Origin: Azolla caroliniana
Lineage: Eukaryota > Plantae > Polypodiophyta
Reading direction: 5' to 3'
Assembly (NCBI GenBank): GCA_043228905.1
Contig: JBHGNT010000004.1
Coordinates: 14,012,001 to 14,076,000, forward strand
DNA: 64,000 bases
The translations under genes were made by a program, and so were the position numbers. Below the pieces are notes generated by a model. That model ran no database searches, was not told the origin of the DNA, and saw nothing but the letters and a program-made list of their open reading frames with translations. How positions within the stretch are numbered: the stretch's first letter is position 1; every line of letters starts with the position of its first letter. Positions 23,118 to 34,702 of this stretch are shown piece by piece.

Positions 23118-23513
23118 AGGGCAAACAGTTTATGTTGTTGCTCATTTTTTTCTGTTTTCCACTAAGAGGGAGCGAAGTGAGAGCAGCCGAGAGAGAGTGA
23201 GAGAGAAAGAGGAAGGAAGAGGTCGACGCCTCTGTGTAATACCGCCGCCTGTGGCGAGGACAGCGAGCTCAAGGTTGTTGCCTTGTAGCCTCACCATTGT
23301 ACATCTCTGTGTATAGTGATAGTTGGAGTTAGAGGACTCCCGTGGTTTTTTCCCCATTTAGGGTTTTCCACGTAAACATCCTGTGTGCTCTTCTCTCTGT
23401 TGTTCTTCGTGCATTCTTGTATTTCCCATTTTCTGCGAATCGATCCTGTTCCTCGGTTGTGGCCGAGCACGGAATTGCAACAAAGTGGTATCAGAGCGAC
23501 GGTAACACAGAAA

Positions 23514-26500
23514 ATGGAAGGCGGCGGTAGTGGGCCTCCGGGCATGATGGTGCTGAACGCGCAGAACTACGCCGACTGGAAGATAAAGATGGAGGATCTG
23601 CTCATTGTTCGGGACCTGTATGAACCGATCGACAGGTCGGAAATACCCAAGGGGGTACTTGAGACGGAGTGGAGGCTTCTGAACCGGAAAGCCGTTGCAA
23701 CCATTCGGCAATACGTCGACGTGAGCGTTCTACAACACGTGGCGAACGACACCAACGCATATGAGATGTGGAGGAAGCTGTCGGGCCTCTACGAGAGGAA
23801 GAATGCGTTGAACCGGACCTCCCTGATGAGAAAGATAGTGAACCTCAAGTACCGGGACGGCGAAAGTATGGTGGAACACGTAAGCACGTTCATGGGATTC
23901 GTGAACCAGCTTGCGGCGATCAAGTTCCCGTTGGAGGATGCAATGCAAGCCATCATCCTGATGTGTACATTGCCGGACAGCTGGGAGAACTTGGTGGTGA
24001 CTCTCAGCACCTCCTGCACTGAAGATAACTTGTCTCTACAAACGGTAAAGACAAGTATTTTGAACGAAGAAGCGCGTCGGAGAGATAAAGAACCGGTCTC
24101 CGACTCGAAGGCGCTGCTTACCGAATCGGAACGGGGAAGACAGTGGAACCGGAGTCCGCAAAGACGGGAGAAGTCGGGGACCCGGTCGCAGTCAAGAGGA
24201 AGGCCAACATGCTTTCACTGTGGGAAGCCGGGGCACTTCCGGAAGAATTGTCGGCATTACCGAAAGGACAACGGAGCCGACGACACCGATTCGAAGAAGT
24301 CACCGGAGAGAAACGGTGCATACCGGGGAGCCACGGACCGGAGAGGTCCGGATCGGCGAGGGCAGGAACGGAAAGGAACGACGGCACTCGCGGCAAGTGA
24401 AGAAGAGATAATGCTTATTACCGAAGAGAGGGAGCTGAACCTTGCCGGTGTAGAGATGACCTGGGTGGTCGATTCCGGAGCGTCGTTCCACCTGACCCCG
24501 GAGAAGAAATACTTCTCATCCTACACAGCCGGTGAGCACGGCTGTGTCCGGATGGGAAATGAAGGTACGTGCCGGATAGCCGGCATAGGAGACGTGTGGC
24601 TGATGACATCAACCGGATGCAAGATGCTGCTGAAGGATGTGCGACACGTTCCGGAGGTTCGACTGAACCTGATTTCGGCCGGGAGGCTAGATGATGAAGG
24701 CTACACGGGTAGCATCCGGAACGGTGTCATGAAGTTCAGCAAGGGGAACCTGATAGTGGCTCGGGCCCGGAAAGACAACACACTGTACCTGATGAATGCC
24801 CGGTTATGTCCGGAAGAGCTGAATGTGGCAGCCGACACTGCCGGTGAGCTGTGGCACAAGAGACTGTGCCACATGAGTGAGAAGGGGATGAAGAGGCTTG
24901 CAGAAGACAACCTTATTCCAGTGAAGCATGTGCACCTGGAGAAGTGCACCGACTGCCTGGCCGGTAAGCAAAACCGGACCTCCTTCCACTCAAGGCCACC
25001 GACGAGACGTAGCGCACCTTTGGAGTTGGTGCACACCGATGTGTGTCAGGTAGAAACGAAGTCACATGGCGGAGCCCAGTACTTCGTAACATTCATTGAT
25101 GATCACAGCCGGAAGCTGTGGACGGCACCGTTGAAGACAAAGGACCAAGTATTGTCCGTCTTCAAAGAACTCCACGCGAGAGTGGAAAGGGAATCCGGCA
25201 AGAAGCTGAAAGCAATACGAGCGGATAACGGAGGGGAATACCGGGGGCAGTTCCAGGAGTACTGTCGCTCGAAGGGGATCCGGCTCGAGTTTACTGTGCC
25301 GAAGACGCCGGAACTGAACGGGCTGGCCGAGAGGATGAACCGGACCATAATGGAGAGGGTTCGGAGTATGCTGGCGCATGCGAAATTACCCAAGGGGTTT
25401 TGGGCTGAGGCAATGTCGACAGCGACGTATGTGATAAATAGATCACCCTCAGTACCTCTGGACGGAGACACGCCGCAGAAAGTGTGGACCGGTAAGGAAG
25501 TGTCCTACCGGCATCTGAAGGTGTTCGGGTGTCTCGCATACGTGCATGTGGCAAAGGACCGGAGAGGAAAGCTAGATCCAAAGACCCGGCCATGCATATT
25601 CCTCGGTTACGGCGACGACGAGTTCGGCTACCGAGTATGGGACCCGGTCGACAAGAAGATATTCAGGAGTCGAGATATCATCTTCATGGAGAACAAGACA
25701 CTCGCCGACTGGGAGTCGGAGAAGAAGATGAAGAGCTCCAAGTCGACCGGTGAGGACAAACTCTACGAGGAGCAGTCCCGACCGGCAAGGGACCGGTTAA
25801 CACTCGAGGATCCGGCCGAAGACGGTGAAGAAACAGAACCGGCCGAGGAAGATGAAACTGATACCGGAACCGGCCCCGATCCCGAAATGGATTCGGATGA
25901 AGAGGAAACGGAGGAGCCGGTTACCGAATCTCCGGAACGGAGATATCCTCTAAGAGAGAGAAGGGCCCCCCGGAGATTTCCGGAACCAGAGCACGTGCTG
26001 CTAACCGACGAGGGGGAGCCGGAGAGCTTTGAAGAAGCAAAGTATGACACCCAGAACCGCAGGTGGTTGAGTGCCATGCAGGACGAGATGGATTCCCTGC
26101 ATGAGAACCACACATATGAACTTGTGGAGTTGCCGAAAGGAAAGCGGGCACTTCGAAACAAGTGGGTGTTCAAGCTGAAACCGGGAGATGCCGGAAACCC
26201 CCCGAGATACAAAGCCAGGATCGTGGTGAAGGGGTTCCAGCAGAAGAAGGGCGTCGACTTCGACGAGATATTTGCCCCGGTAGTGAAGATGACCTCCATC
26301 CGGACGGTGCTGAGCATAGCAGCAAGCATGGACCTCGAGGTAGAACAGATGGACGTGAAGACGGCATTCCTTCACGGTGACCTCGAAGAAGAGATCTACA
26401 TGCAGCAACCGGAAGGATTCGAGAAGAAAGGGAAGGAGCACCTGGTATGCCGGTTGAAGAAGAGCCTTTACGGACTGAAGCAGGCTCCCCGGCAATGGTA

Positions 26501-27587
26501 CCGGAAGTTCGACTCCTTCATGACCGACGAAGGGTACCACAAAACGCAGTCTGACCACTGCGTGTTTGTGAAGAAGTTCGAAGGAGGAGACTCTCTAATA
26601 CTCCTCTTGTACGTGGACGACATGTTGATCGTCGGACGGGACCAGGTCAAGATACGGATGCTGAAGAAGGCTCTTCACCGAACCTTCTCAATGAAGGACT
26701 TGGGTCCGGCGAGACAAATACTAGGGATGCACATCATCCGGAACCGGAGCAAGAAGCAGTTGTGGCTGTCACAGGAAAAGTACGTGACAAAGGTGCTTAA
26801 ACGGTTCAACATGTCGGAAGCAAGACCGGTCGGTTCGACCCTCCCGGCAAACTGCAAGCTGTCCAGCAAGCAAAGTCCCAAGACAAAGGCTGAGAAAGAG
26901 GACATGATGAAAGTACCATATGCCTCTGCTGTCGGAAGCTTGATGTACGCAATGGTGTGTACAAGACCAGACATTGGATACGCAGTCGGAGTGGTGAGCC
27001 GATACATGAGCAATCCCGGCAAAGAGCATTGGAACGCGGTCAAGTGGATACTCCGATACCTGAAGGGCACGGCAAACGTGTGCCTCCGATTCGGCTCCGG
27101 TAAGCCTGAACTCGACGGCTTCACCGATTCGGATATGTCGGCTGATGCAGATACCAGCCGGTCCACATCAGGGTATGTGATGACCTATGCAGGGGGAGCC
27201 GTTTCGTGGCAGTCGAGGCTGCAGAAGACGGTTGCGTTGTCAACCACGGAGGCGGAGTACATGGCAGCTGTTGAAGCCGGCAAGGAAATAATATGGATGA
27301 AGGACTTCATTAGAGAGCTCGGTATCCAGCAGGAGGAGTACCGACTCTACTGCGACAGTCAGAGTGCCATCCACCTTGCGAAGAACGCGGCTTATCACTC
27401 CCGGACGAAGCACATCCAGCGAAGATATCACTGGATCCGGGAAAGGATAGAAGACAAGGAGTTCGAGCTGACGAAGGTCCACACGGACGAGAACGGGTCA
27501 GATATGCTGACCAAGGTGCTCACACCCGACAAGCTGGAAGCGTGCCGGAAGAGGGTCGGATTGGAGAGACATCCCATGCCGAAGTGA
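23514..27587 (+). CDS. Copia gag-pol polyprotein (Gag-PR-INT-RT-RH), 1357 aa from the ATG
   Basis: Uninterrupted ORF with CFHCGKPGHFRKNC, WVVDSGAS, LWHKRLCH, ADNGGEY, LLLYVDDML and ENGSDMLTK. Confidence 0.97.
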   Translation: MEGGGSGPPGMMVLNAQNYADWKIKMEDLLIVRDLYEPIDRSEIPKGVLETEWRLLNRKAVATIRQYVDVSVLQHVANDTNAYEMWRKLSGLYERKNALNRTSLMRKIVNLKYRDGESMVEHVSTFMGFVNQLAAIKFPLEDAMQAIILMCTLPDSWENLVVTLSTSCTEDNLSLQTVKTSILNEEARRRDKEPVSDSKALLTESERGRQWNRSPQRREKSGTRSQSRGRPTCFHCGKPGHFRKNCRHYRKDNGADDTDSKKSPERNGAYRGATDRRGPDRRGQERKGTTALAASEEEIMLITEERELNLAGVEMTWVVDSGASFHLTPEKKYFSSYTAGEHGCVRMGNEGTCRIAGIGDVWLMTSTGCKMLLKDVRHVPEVRLNLISAGRLDDEGYTGSIRNGVMKFSKGNLIVARARKDNTLYLMNARLCPEELNVAADTAGELWHKRLCHMSEKGMKRLAEDNLIPVKHVHLEKCTDCLAGKQNRTSFHSRPPTRRSAPLELVHTDVCQVETKSHGGAQYFVTFIDDHSRKLWTAPLKTKDQVLSVFKELHARVERESGKKLKAIRADNGGEYRGQFQEYCRSKGIRLEFTVPKTPELNGLAERMNRTIMERVRSMLAHAKLPKGFWAEAMSTATYVINRSPSVPLDGDTPQKVWTGKEVSYRHLKVFGCLAYVHVAKDRRGKLDPKTRPCIFLGYGDDEFGYRVWDPVDKKIFRSRDIIFMENKTLADWESEKKMKSSKSTGEDKLYEEQSRPARDRLTLEDPAEDGEETEPAEEDETDTGTGPDPEMDSDEEETEEPVTESPERRYPLRERRAPRRFPEPEHVLLTDEGEPESFEEAKYDTQNRRWLSAMQDEMDSLHENHTYELVELPKGKRALRNKWVFKLKPGDAGNPPRYKARIVVKGFQQKKGVDFDEIFAPVVKMTSIRTVLSIAASMDLEVEQMDVKTAFLHGDLEEEIYMQQPEGFEKKGKEHLVCRLKKSLYGLKQAPRQWYRKFDSFMTDEGYHKTQSDHCVFVKKFEGGDSLILLLYVDDMLIVGRDQVKIRMLKKALHRTFSMKDLGPARQILGMHIIRNRSKKQLWLSQEKYVTKVLKRFNMSEARPVGSTLPANCKLSSKQSPKTKAEKEDMMKVPYASAVGSLMYAMVCTRPDIGYAVGVVSRYMSNPGKEHWNAVKWILRYLKGTANVCLRFGSGKPELDGFTDSDMSADADTSRSTSGYVMTYAGGAVSWQSRLQKTVALSTTEAEYMAAVEAGKEIIWMKDFIRELGIQQEEYRLYCDSQSAIHLAKNAAYHSRTKHIQRRYHWIRERIEDKEFELTKVHTDENGSDMLTKVLTPDKLEACRKRVGLERHPMPK

Positions 27588-29587
27588 AGGGGGAGTTTGT
27601 TGGGATTTCGGTCCCTCCGGATGGGATGTCCGGAGATGAATGACGGCAAGCCCGGTTGCGGTTACGGAACCGGATGATGAAGAGTACCCGGCATGAAGCC
27701 GGATGACGAGTACCCGGTTACGGATCCGGATGCTGAAGATCCCGGTTACGGAGCCGGATGATGAAGACCCCGGTTACGGAACCGGATGATGAAGACCCCG
27801 GTTACGGAACCGGATGATGAATGTACCCGGAGAGAGATCCGGATGCGGGGACATATTTGTGAATATGTTTGCCAAGAGCCCTTGAGGCTATATTTGTAAA
27901 TAGCCCGAAAGTCATATGTGTATAAATATGACTTAGGGCAAACAGTTTATGTTGTTGCTCATTTTTTTCTGTTTTCCACTAAGAGGGAGCGAAGTGAGAG
28001 CAGCCGAGAGAGAGTGAGAGAGAAAGAGGAAGGAAGAGGTCGACGCCTCTGTGTAATACCGCCGCCTGTGGCGAGGACAGCGAGCTCAAGGTTGTTGCCT
28101 TGTAGCCTCACCATTGTACATCTCTGTGTATAGTGATAGTTGGAGTTAGAGGACTCCCGTGGTTTTTTCCCCATTTAGGGTTTTCCACGTAAACATCCTG
28201 TGTGCTCTTCTCTCTGTTGTTCTTCGTGCATTCTTGTATTTCCCATTTTCTGCGAATCGATCCTGTTCCTCGGTTGTGGCCGAGCACGGAATTGCAACAA
28301 CTAGGTCGTAGGTGTAGTTCGCGTGCAAGCATTCCATCTCCTCTTGCATCGTGTTCAACCATTTTTCTCTGCTCTCGTCGGCAATGGCTTCTTCATAGCA
28401 CTCCGGTTCACCGTCATCAGTCAAGAGGATGTATTGACTGGCATATGTAATTAGTGCCTTCCTTTCTCTGAGTGGGTACCTTCGTCCACTCGCTGTTGGC
28501 TCTTTTCCGGATGTCTCTGCCAACTCTTCTCTCTGCTCGGGATTCTGCTCATGAATCGGCATCTCCAGGTTGGACAACTCCAACTCATATTCATCAATTG
28601 ATTTTAGCAGGTCTGCCGACTCTGACTCATAGTCTGTCGGTCTTTCTGAGTCGACCGACTCGGATTCTGCTCTGTCAGCCATGTGTCTCCTTACAGCTGC
28701 TGGTGATGACACATTTGGCCTTAAGTCAATGGTAGTTGAGGTTGACTAGGGAGTCGGTTTCGACTTCTGTTGCTTCCGATCTTCAATTGTCTTGTCTTCT
28801 AGAAAGACTACATCTTGACTTCTAACTACCTTCTTGTCGACTAAGTCCCACAACCTATAGCCGAACTCATCTTCCGAGTATCCCATGAATATGCATGCTT
28901 TCGACTTGCTGTCGAGCTTTGACCTCTGATCCTTTGGTGCATGCATATACGCCAAACATACAAACACCCTCAGGTGTCCACACCCTCTGTGGGACATCAC
29001 CCTTTAGAGGTACTGAGGGAGACCTGTTGATAAGATAAACATCTGTGTACATTGCCTTAGCCCAATAGAATTTCGACAGTTTCGCATGAGAGAGCATGCT
29101 CCTCACTCTCTCCATGATCGTTCGATTCATCCTCTCTGCAAGCCCGTTCAACTCTGGGGTCTTTGGTACTGTGTATTCAATTCGAATACCTTGGCACTTG
29201 CAGTATTCTTCGAACTACCCTTTGTATTCGCCACCATTGTCGGTTCAGACAACCTTTAGTTTCTGACCCAACTCTCTTTCGATTCTTGCTTGGAACTCCT
29301 TGAAAACCGACAGTACTTGATCCTTCGACTTCAGTACGAAGGCCCATGTCTTCCAACTATGGTCGTCAATGAATGTCACGAAGTACTGTCCACCTCGATG
29401 TGATGGGGCATCCACATAGCACACATCCGTGTGCACTAGTTCCGGTGTAACTTCTCTTCTCCTCGGTGGTCTCGAGTGGAATGCCACCTTGTTTTGCTTT
29501 GCGGCTAAGCAGTCGACATACTTCTCCAGGTGTACTCCCTTGACTTCTGGTAGAAGTTTCTGGTCAGCTAACAGGTGGTGCATTCCC

Positions 29588-29833
29588 TGTTAGGATTTCG
29601 GTCCCTCCGGATGGGATAATGAAGGCTCGGTGAGAACCGGATGATGAAGGCCCGGTGAGAACCTCTCACCGAATAAAGGGACATATATGTAAATATGTTT
29701 TTGTTAGCCCATTGTGGCTATATTTCTAAATAGCTCGAAAGTCATATTAGTATAAATATGACTTAGGGCAAACAGGTTTATGTGGTGTGTAGGTTATTCT
29801 TTGTGTGGTTGGTGTAACTGTTGTACAGAGTGT

Positions 29834-29883
<50 letters not shown>

Positions 29884-32800
29884 TTCTCTGTTGTAACCGC
29901 AGCTAGGCGAAGAGAGTGAGCACAAGCTCGTTGCCTCTATGCCCCTCTGTTATATTCTTTTGACATAGTGATAGTTTTGGGGTTTGTGGGCTCCCATGGT
30001 TTTTCCCTCTCAGGGTTTTCCATGTTAATATCTTGTGTACTCTCTTGTTTACAATGTTTTGTGTATACGTACATCCATCTCCACATTCCCATTTCTGTGT
30101 TTGTAATTCTAACCGAAGTGATTGAAGACTCGGTTGTGGCCGAGCATTATTCCGCATATTCTCTACAATCTAGTATCAGAGCAAAACAACACAGAAAATG
30201 GAAGAATCATTGGGCGGCATGTTCAAGCTCACCGGCTCCAACTACTCAGTGTGGAAGTCGAAGATGAGGGACATGCTCGTGGTCAAATATCTCTGGTTGT
30301 CGGTTCAGTTCGGGGATAAGAGACCGGACAAGATCGATGCCACGGTGTGGGAGGTGATGCACATGAAGACAACGGCTTACATCCGGTGCTTCATCGACAT
30401 GAGCTTGTACAAACAACTTCAATGAAGAGAGCAAGGCTCATGGCTCTGGGAGAAGATCGACATTATCTTTCAGAACAAAAATGTTATAAATCGGGTTTCG
30501 GTATTTCAGAAGCTAGTGAGGCTCCGATACCAAGATGGCTCCAGCATGGCGGATCACACGAATGCCTTCCAAGGGCTCATTCACCAAGCAACATCGTTGG
30601 AAGTACCTCTCACTGATGAGGTACTAACACTGCTCCTGCTCGGTTCCCTCCCGGATAGTTGGGAGACGTTGGTTGTCACTTTGGGCAATGCCGGGCTGGA
30701 AGGAAAATAGTTATCCCTAGCAAGAGTCAAGTCGAGCTTGCTAGATGAGGAGGCGCGTTGGAAAGACGAGGATACGGGCTCCGACTCCAAAGCGCTCATT
30801 ACCGAATCGGAACAGGGAAGACAAAGGAACCAGAGTCCCCAGAACCGGGAAAAGTCGGGGACATAGTCAAAGTCAAGGGGAAGGCCCACTTGCTTCTACT
30901 GTGGGAAGATGGGGCACTTCAAGAAGAACTGTCGCCATTTCCGGAAAGACAAGGAAACCGATAGTACCGATTCGAAGTGGTCACCGGACTGGAACGACAA
31001 AGACCGGAGAGTGAAGAGGAGTTGATGCTCAGCACCAAGGAGAGTGAGTTGAACCATGCCGGCGACGAGACAACGTGGGTTGTCGATTCCGGAGTGTTGT
31101 TCCACCTAACCCCGGATCAAAAATGCTTCTCATCCTACACAGCCGGTGAGCACGGTTGTGTCCGGATGGGGAATGAAAGTACATGCCAAATTGTCGGCAT
31201 AGGAGACGTGTGGTTGACAACACCAACCGGATGCAAGTTGCTGTTGAAGGATGTCCGACACGTTCCGGAGGTTCGACTGAACCTAGTATCAGCCGGTAGG
31301 CAAGACGATGAAGGCTACACGGGTAGCATCCAGAACGGAGTCATGAAGTTCAACAAAGGGAGCCTAATAATGGCTAGGGCCCGGAAAGTCAACACACTGT
31401 ACCTAATGAATGCCTGGTTATGCCGGGAAGAAGTGAACGTTGCTTCCGACATTGCCGGTGAGCTGTGGCACAAGAGACTGTGTCACATGAGCGAGAAGGG
31501 GATGAGGAGGTTAGCCGAAGACAACCTCATTTCGGTGAAGGACGTGCACCTTGAGAAGTGCACCAACTGCCTGGCCGATAAGCAAAACCGAACCTCCTTC
31601 CGCTCAAGGCTACCGATGAGACGTATTGCACTACTGGAGCTGGTGCATACCGATGTGTATCAAGTGGACACGAAGTCACATGCCGGATCGCAGTACTTCG
31701 TGACGTTCATAGATACCACAGCCGAAAGCTGTGGGCCACAACGTTGAAGACGAAGGATCAAGTGTTATCTGTCTTCAAGGAGCTCCATGCAAGAGTGGAA
31801 AGAGAAACCAACCGGAAGCTAAAGGCGGTTCGAGCAGATAACAGAGGTGAATACCGGGGGCAGTTTGAGGAGTACTGCCGCTCGAAGGGCATCCGACTCA
31901 AATTTACCATGCTGAAGACGCCGGAACTAAACGGGCTGGCCGAGAGGATGAACCAAACCATAATGGAGAGGGTCCGGAGTATGCTAGCACATGCTAAGCT
32001 ACCCAAGACGTTTTGGGTTGAGGCGTTGTCGACAATGACGTACGTGATAAACAAATCACCCTCAGTACCCTTGGACGGAGACACACTGCAGAGAGTGTGG
32101 ACTGGTAAGGAAGTGTCTTACTGGCATTTGAAGGTTTTCAGATGTCTCGCTTACGTGCATGTTGCAAAGGACCGGAGAGAAAAGTTGGATCGAAAGTCCT
32201 CGCCTTGCATATTCCTCGGATACGGCGATGATGAGTTCGGCTACCGAGTGTGGGATACGATCGACAAGAAGGTTTTCCAGAGTCGAGATATTATCTTCTT
32301 GGAGGACAAGACCCTTGCCGACTAGGAGTCAGAGAAGAAGATAATGAACTCTGAGTCGACCGGTAAGGATCGGTTCGATGAGATTCGGACCAACCCGGCT
32401 AAGAGCCAGTTGACACTCGAAGAACCGGCCGATTACGGCAGAAGAAGAAGAAGAAACCGGAACCGGACAAGACCTCGAATTGGATTCGGATGAAGAACAA
32501 ACAGAGGAGCTCGTTGTCGAAAGCCATGGACGCAAATATCCTCTCAGAGAGAGAAGGGCCCCCCGGAGATTTCCGGATGTAGAGCGTGTGTTGCTAACCG
32601 ATGAGGGGGAGCCAGAAAACTTCGAAGAAGCAAAGGATGACACCCATAACTGCAAGTGGTTGAGTGCCATGTAGGATGAGATGGATTCCCTGCATGAGAA
32701 CCACACGTATGAATTGGAGTTGCTGGTAACCCCCCGAGATACAAAGCCAAGATCGTGGTGAAGGGGTTCCAGCAGAAGAAGGGCATGGACTTCGACGAGA

Positions 32801-34702
32801 TATTTGCCCCAGTAGTAAAGATAACTTCCATCCGGACGGCGCTGAGCATAGCGGCAAGCATGGACCTCAAGGTAGAGCAGTTAGACGTGAAGCTGGCGTT
32901 CCTCCATGGCGAACTTGAAGAGGAGATCTACATGTAGCGACCGGAGGAATTTGTGAAGAAAGGGAAGGAGCACCTGGTGTGCCGATTGAAGAAGAGCCTC
33001 TATGGTTTGAAGCAGGCTCCCTGGCAATGGTACCGGAAGTTCGACTCCTTCATGACCAACCAAGGGTACCACAAGACGCAGGCCGAGCACTGTGTGTTTG
33101 TGAAGAAGTTTGATGGTGGAGACTTCCTGATACTCCTCCTGTACGTGGACGACATGTTGATCATCGGATGGGACCAAGTCAAGATACGGACGTTGAAGAA
33201 GGCTCTGAACCGGACCTTCTCAATGAAAGACTTGGGTTCGGCAAGACAGATACTAGGCATGCATATCATTCGGGACCGGTCAAAGAAGCAATTGTGGCTG
33301 TCACAAGAGAAGTACATGACAAAGGTGCTTCAGCGGTTCAACATGTTAGACGCGAAATTGGTCGGATCGATACTTTCGGCAAACTGCAAGCTATCCAGTA
33401 AGCAAAGCCCGAAGACGAAGGCAGAGAAGGCGGATATGATGAAGATACTATATGCCTCTGTCGTCGGGAGCTTAATGTACGCAATGGTGTGTACCCGACC
33501 GGATATCGGATACGCAGTCGGAGTGGTGAGCCAGTTTATGAGCAATCCCGACAAGGAGCACTAGAATGCGGTAAAATGGATATTCAGATACTTGAAAGGA
33601 ACCTCAAGTATGTATCTCCAATTTGACTCCGGTAAACCCCAACTTGACGGTTTCACCGATTCGGATATGTCGGCTGATGTGGATACCTGCCAGTCAACAT
33701 CGGGATATGTTATGACATATGCAGGGGGAGCGGTTTCGTGACAGTCGAGGCTGCAGAAGAAGGTTGTGTTGTATACCACGGACGTGGAGTACATGGCGAC
33801 TGTGGAAGCAGGCAAGGAAATACTATGGATGAAGGACTTCATCGGAGAGCTAGGGATCCGGCAAGAGGAATACCGGCTCTATTGCGATAGTCAAAGCGCC
33901 ATCCAACTTGCGAAGAACGCGGCGTATCAATCCAGGACAAAGCACATCCAGCGTAGGTACCACTGGATCTGGGAGTGAGTTGAAGATCAAGAGTTCGTGT
34001 TGACAAAGATCCACATGGAGGAGAACGGGTCGGACATGCTGACCAAAGTGCTGACACCCGACAAGCTGGACGCATGTCGGACGCGGATCGGATTGACGAG
34101 GCATCCCATGCCGGAGTGAAGGGGGAGTTTTTTAGGATTTCGGTCCCTCCGGATGGGATAATGAAGGACCGGTGAGAACCGGATGATGAAGGCCCGGTGA
34201 GAACCTCTCACCGGATGAAGGGACATATATGTAAATATGTTTCTGTTAGCCCATTGTGGCTATATTTGTAAATAGCTCGAAAGTCATATTAGTATAAATA
34301 TGACTTAGGGCAAACAGGTTTATGTGGTGTGTAGGTCATTCTTTGTGTGGTTGGTGAAACTGTTGTACAGAGCGTAACAGAGAGAGAGAGAGACAGAGAG
34401 ACAGAGAGAGACAAAGTGATTCTCTATTGTAACCGCCGCCAGGCGAAGAGAGTGAGCAGGAGGTCGTTACCTCTATGCCCCTCTGTTGTATTCTTTTGAA
34501 ATAGTGATAATTTGGGGTCTATGGGGTCCTGTTGTTTTTCCCTCTCAGGGTTTTCCACGTTAATATCTTGTGTACCCTCTTGTTTACAGTGTTTTGTGTA
34601 TACATACATCCATCTCCACATTCCCATTTCTGTGTTTCTAATTCTCAACGAAGTGATTGAAGACTCGGTTGTGGCCGAGCATTATTCCGCATATTCTCTA
34701 CA
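29588..34702 (+). mobile_element. Copia D: full-length degenerate Tork-like element inserted in Copia A
   Basis: LTRs 29588-30167 and 34130-34702, TSD TTCCC, mutated PBS TAGTATCAGAGC 30171-30182, PPT ~34116-34129. gag-pol 30198-34118 carries stops and small deletions. Confidence 0.95.

Larger units (their letters stand above)
22781..28299 (+). mobile_element. Copia B: intact Tork/Tnt1-like Ty1/copia element
   Basis: 702-bp LTRs (22781-23482, 27598-28299) with no difference seen by eye. TSD ACTAG, PBS TGGTATCAGAGC 23486-23497, PPT GTGAAGGGGGAGTT 27584-27597. Confidence 0.98.

Noticed and set aside
23385-23513. 43-aa N-terminal extension of the 1400-aa ORF call
   Set aside because: It lies in the LTR/PBS and starts at a non-ATG codon; homology with Copia A starts at MEGG (23514).
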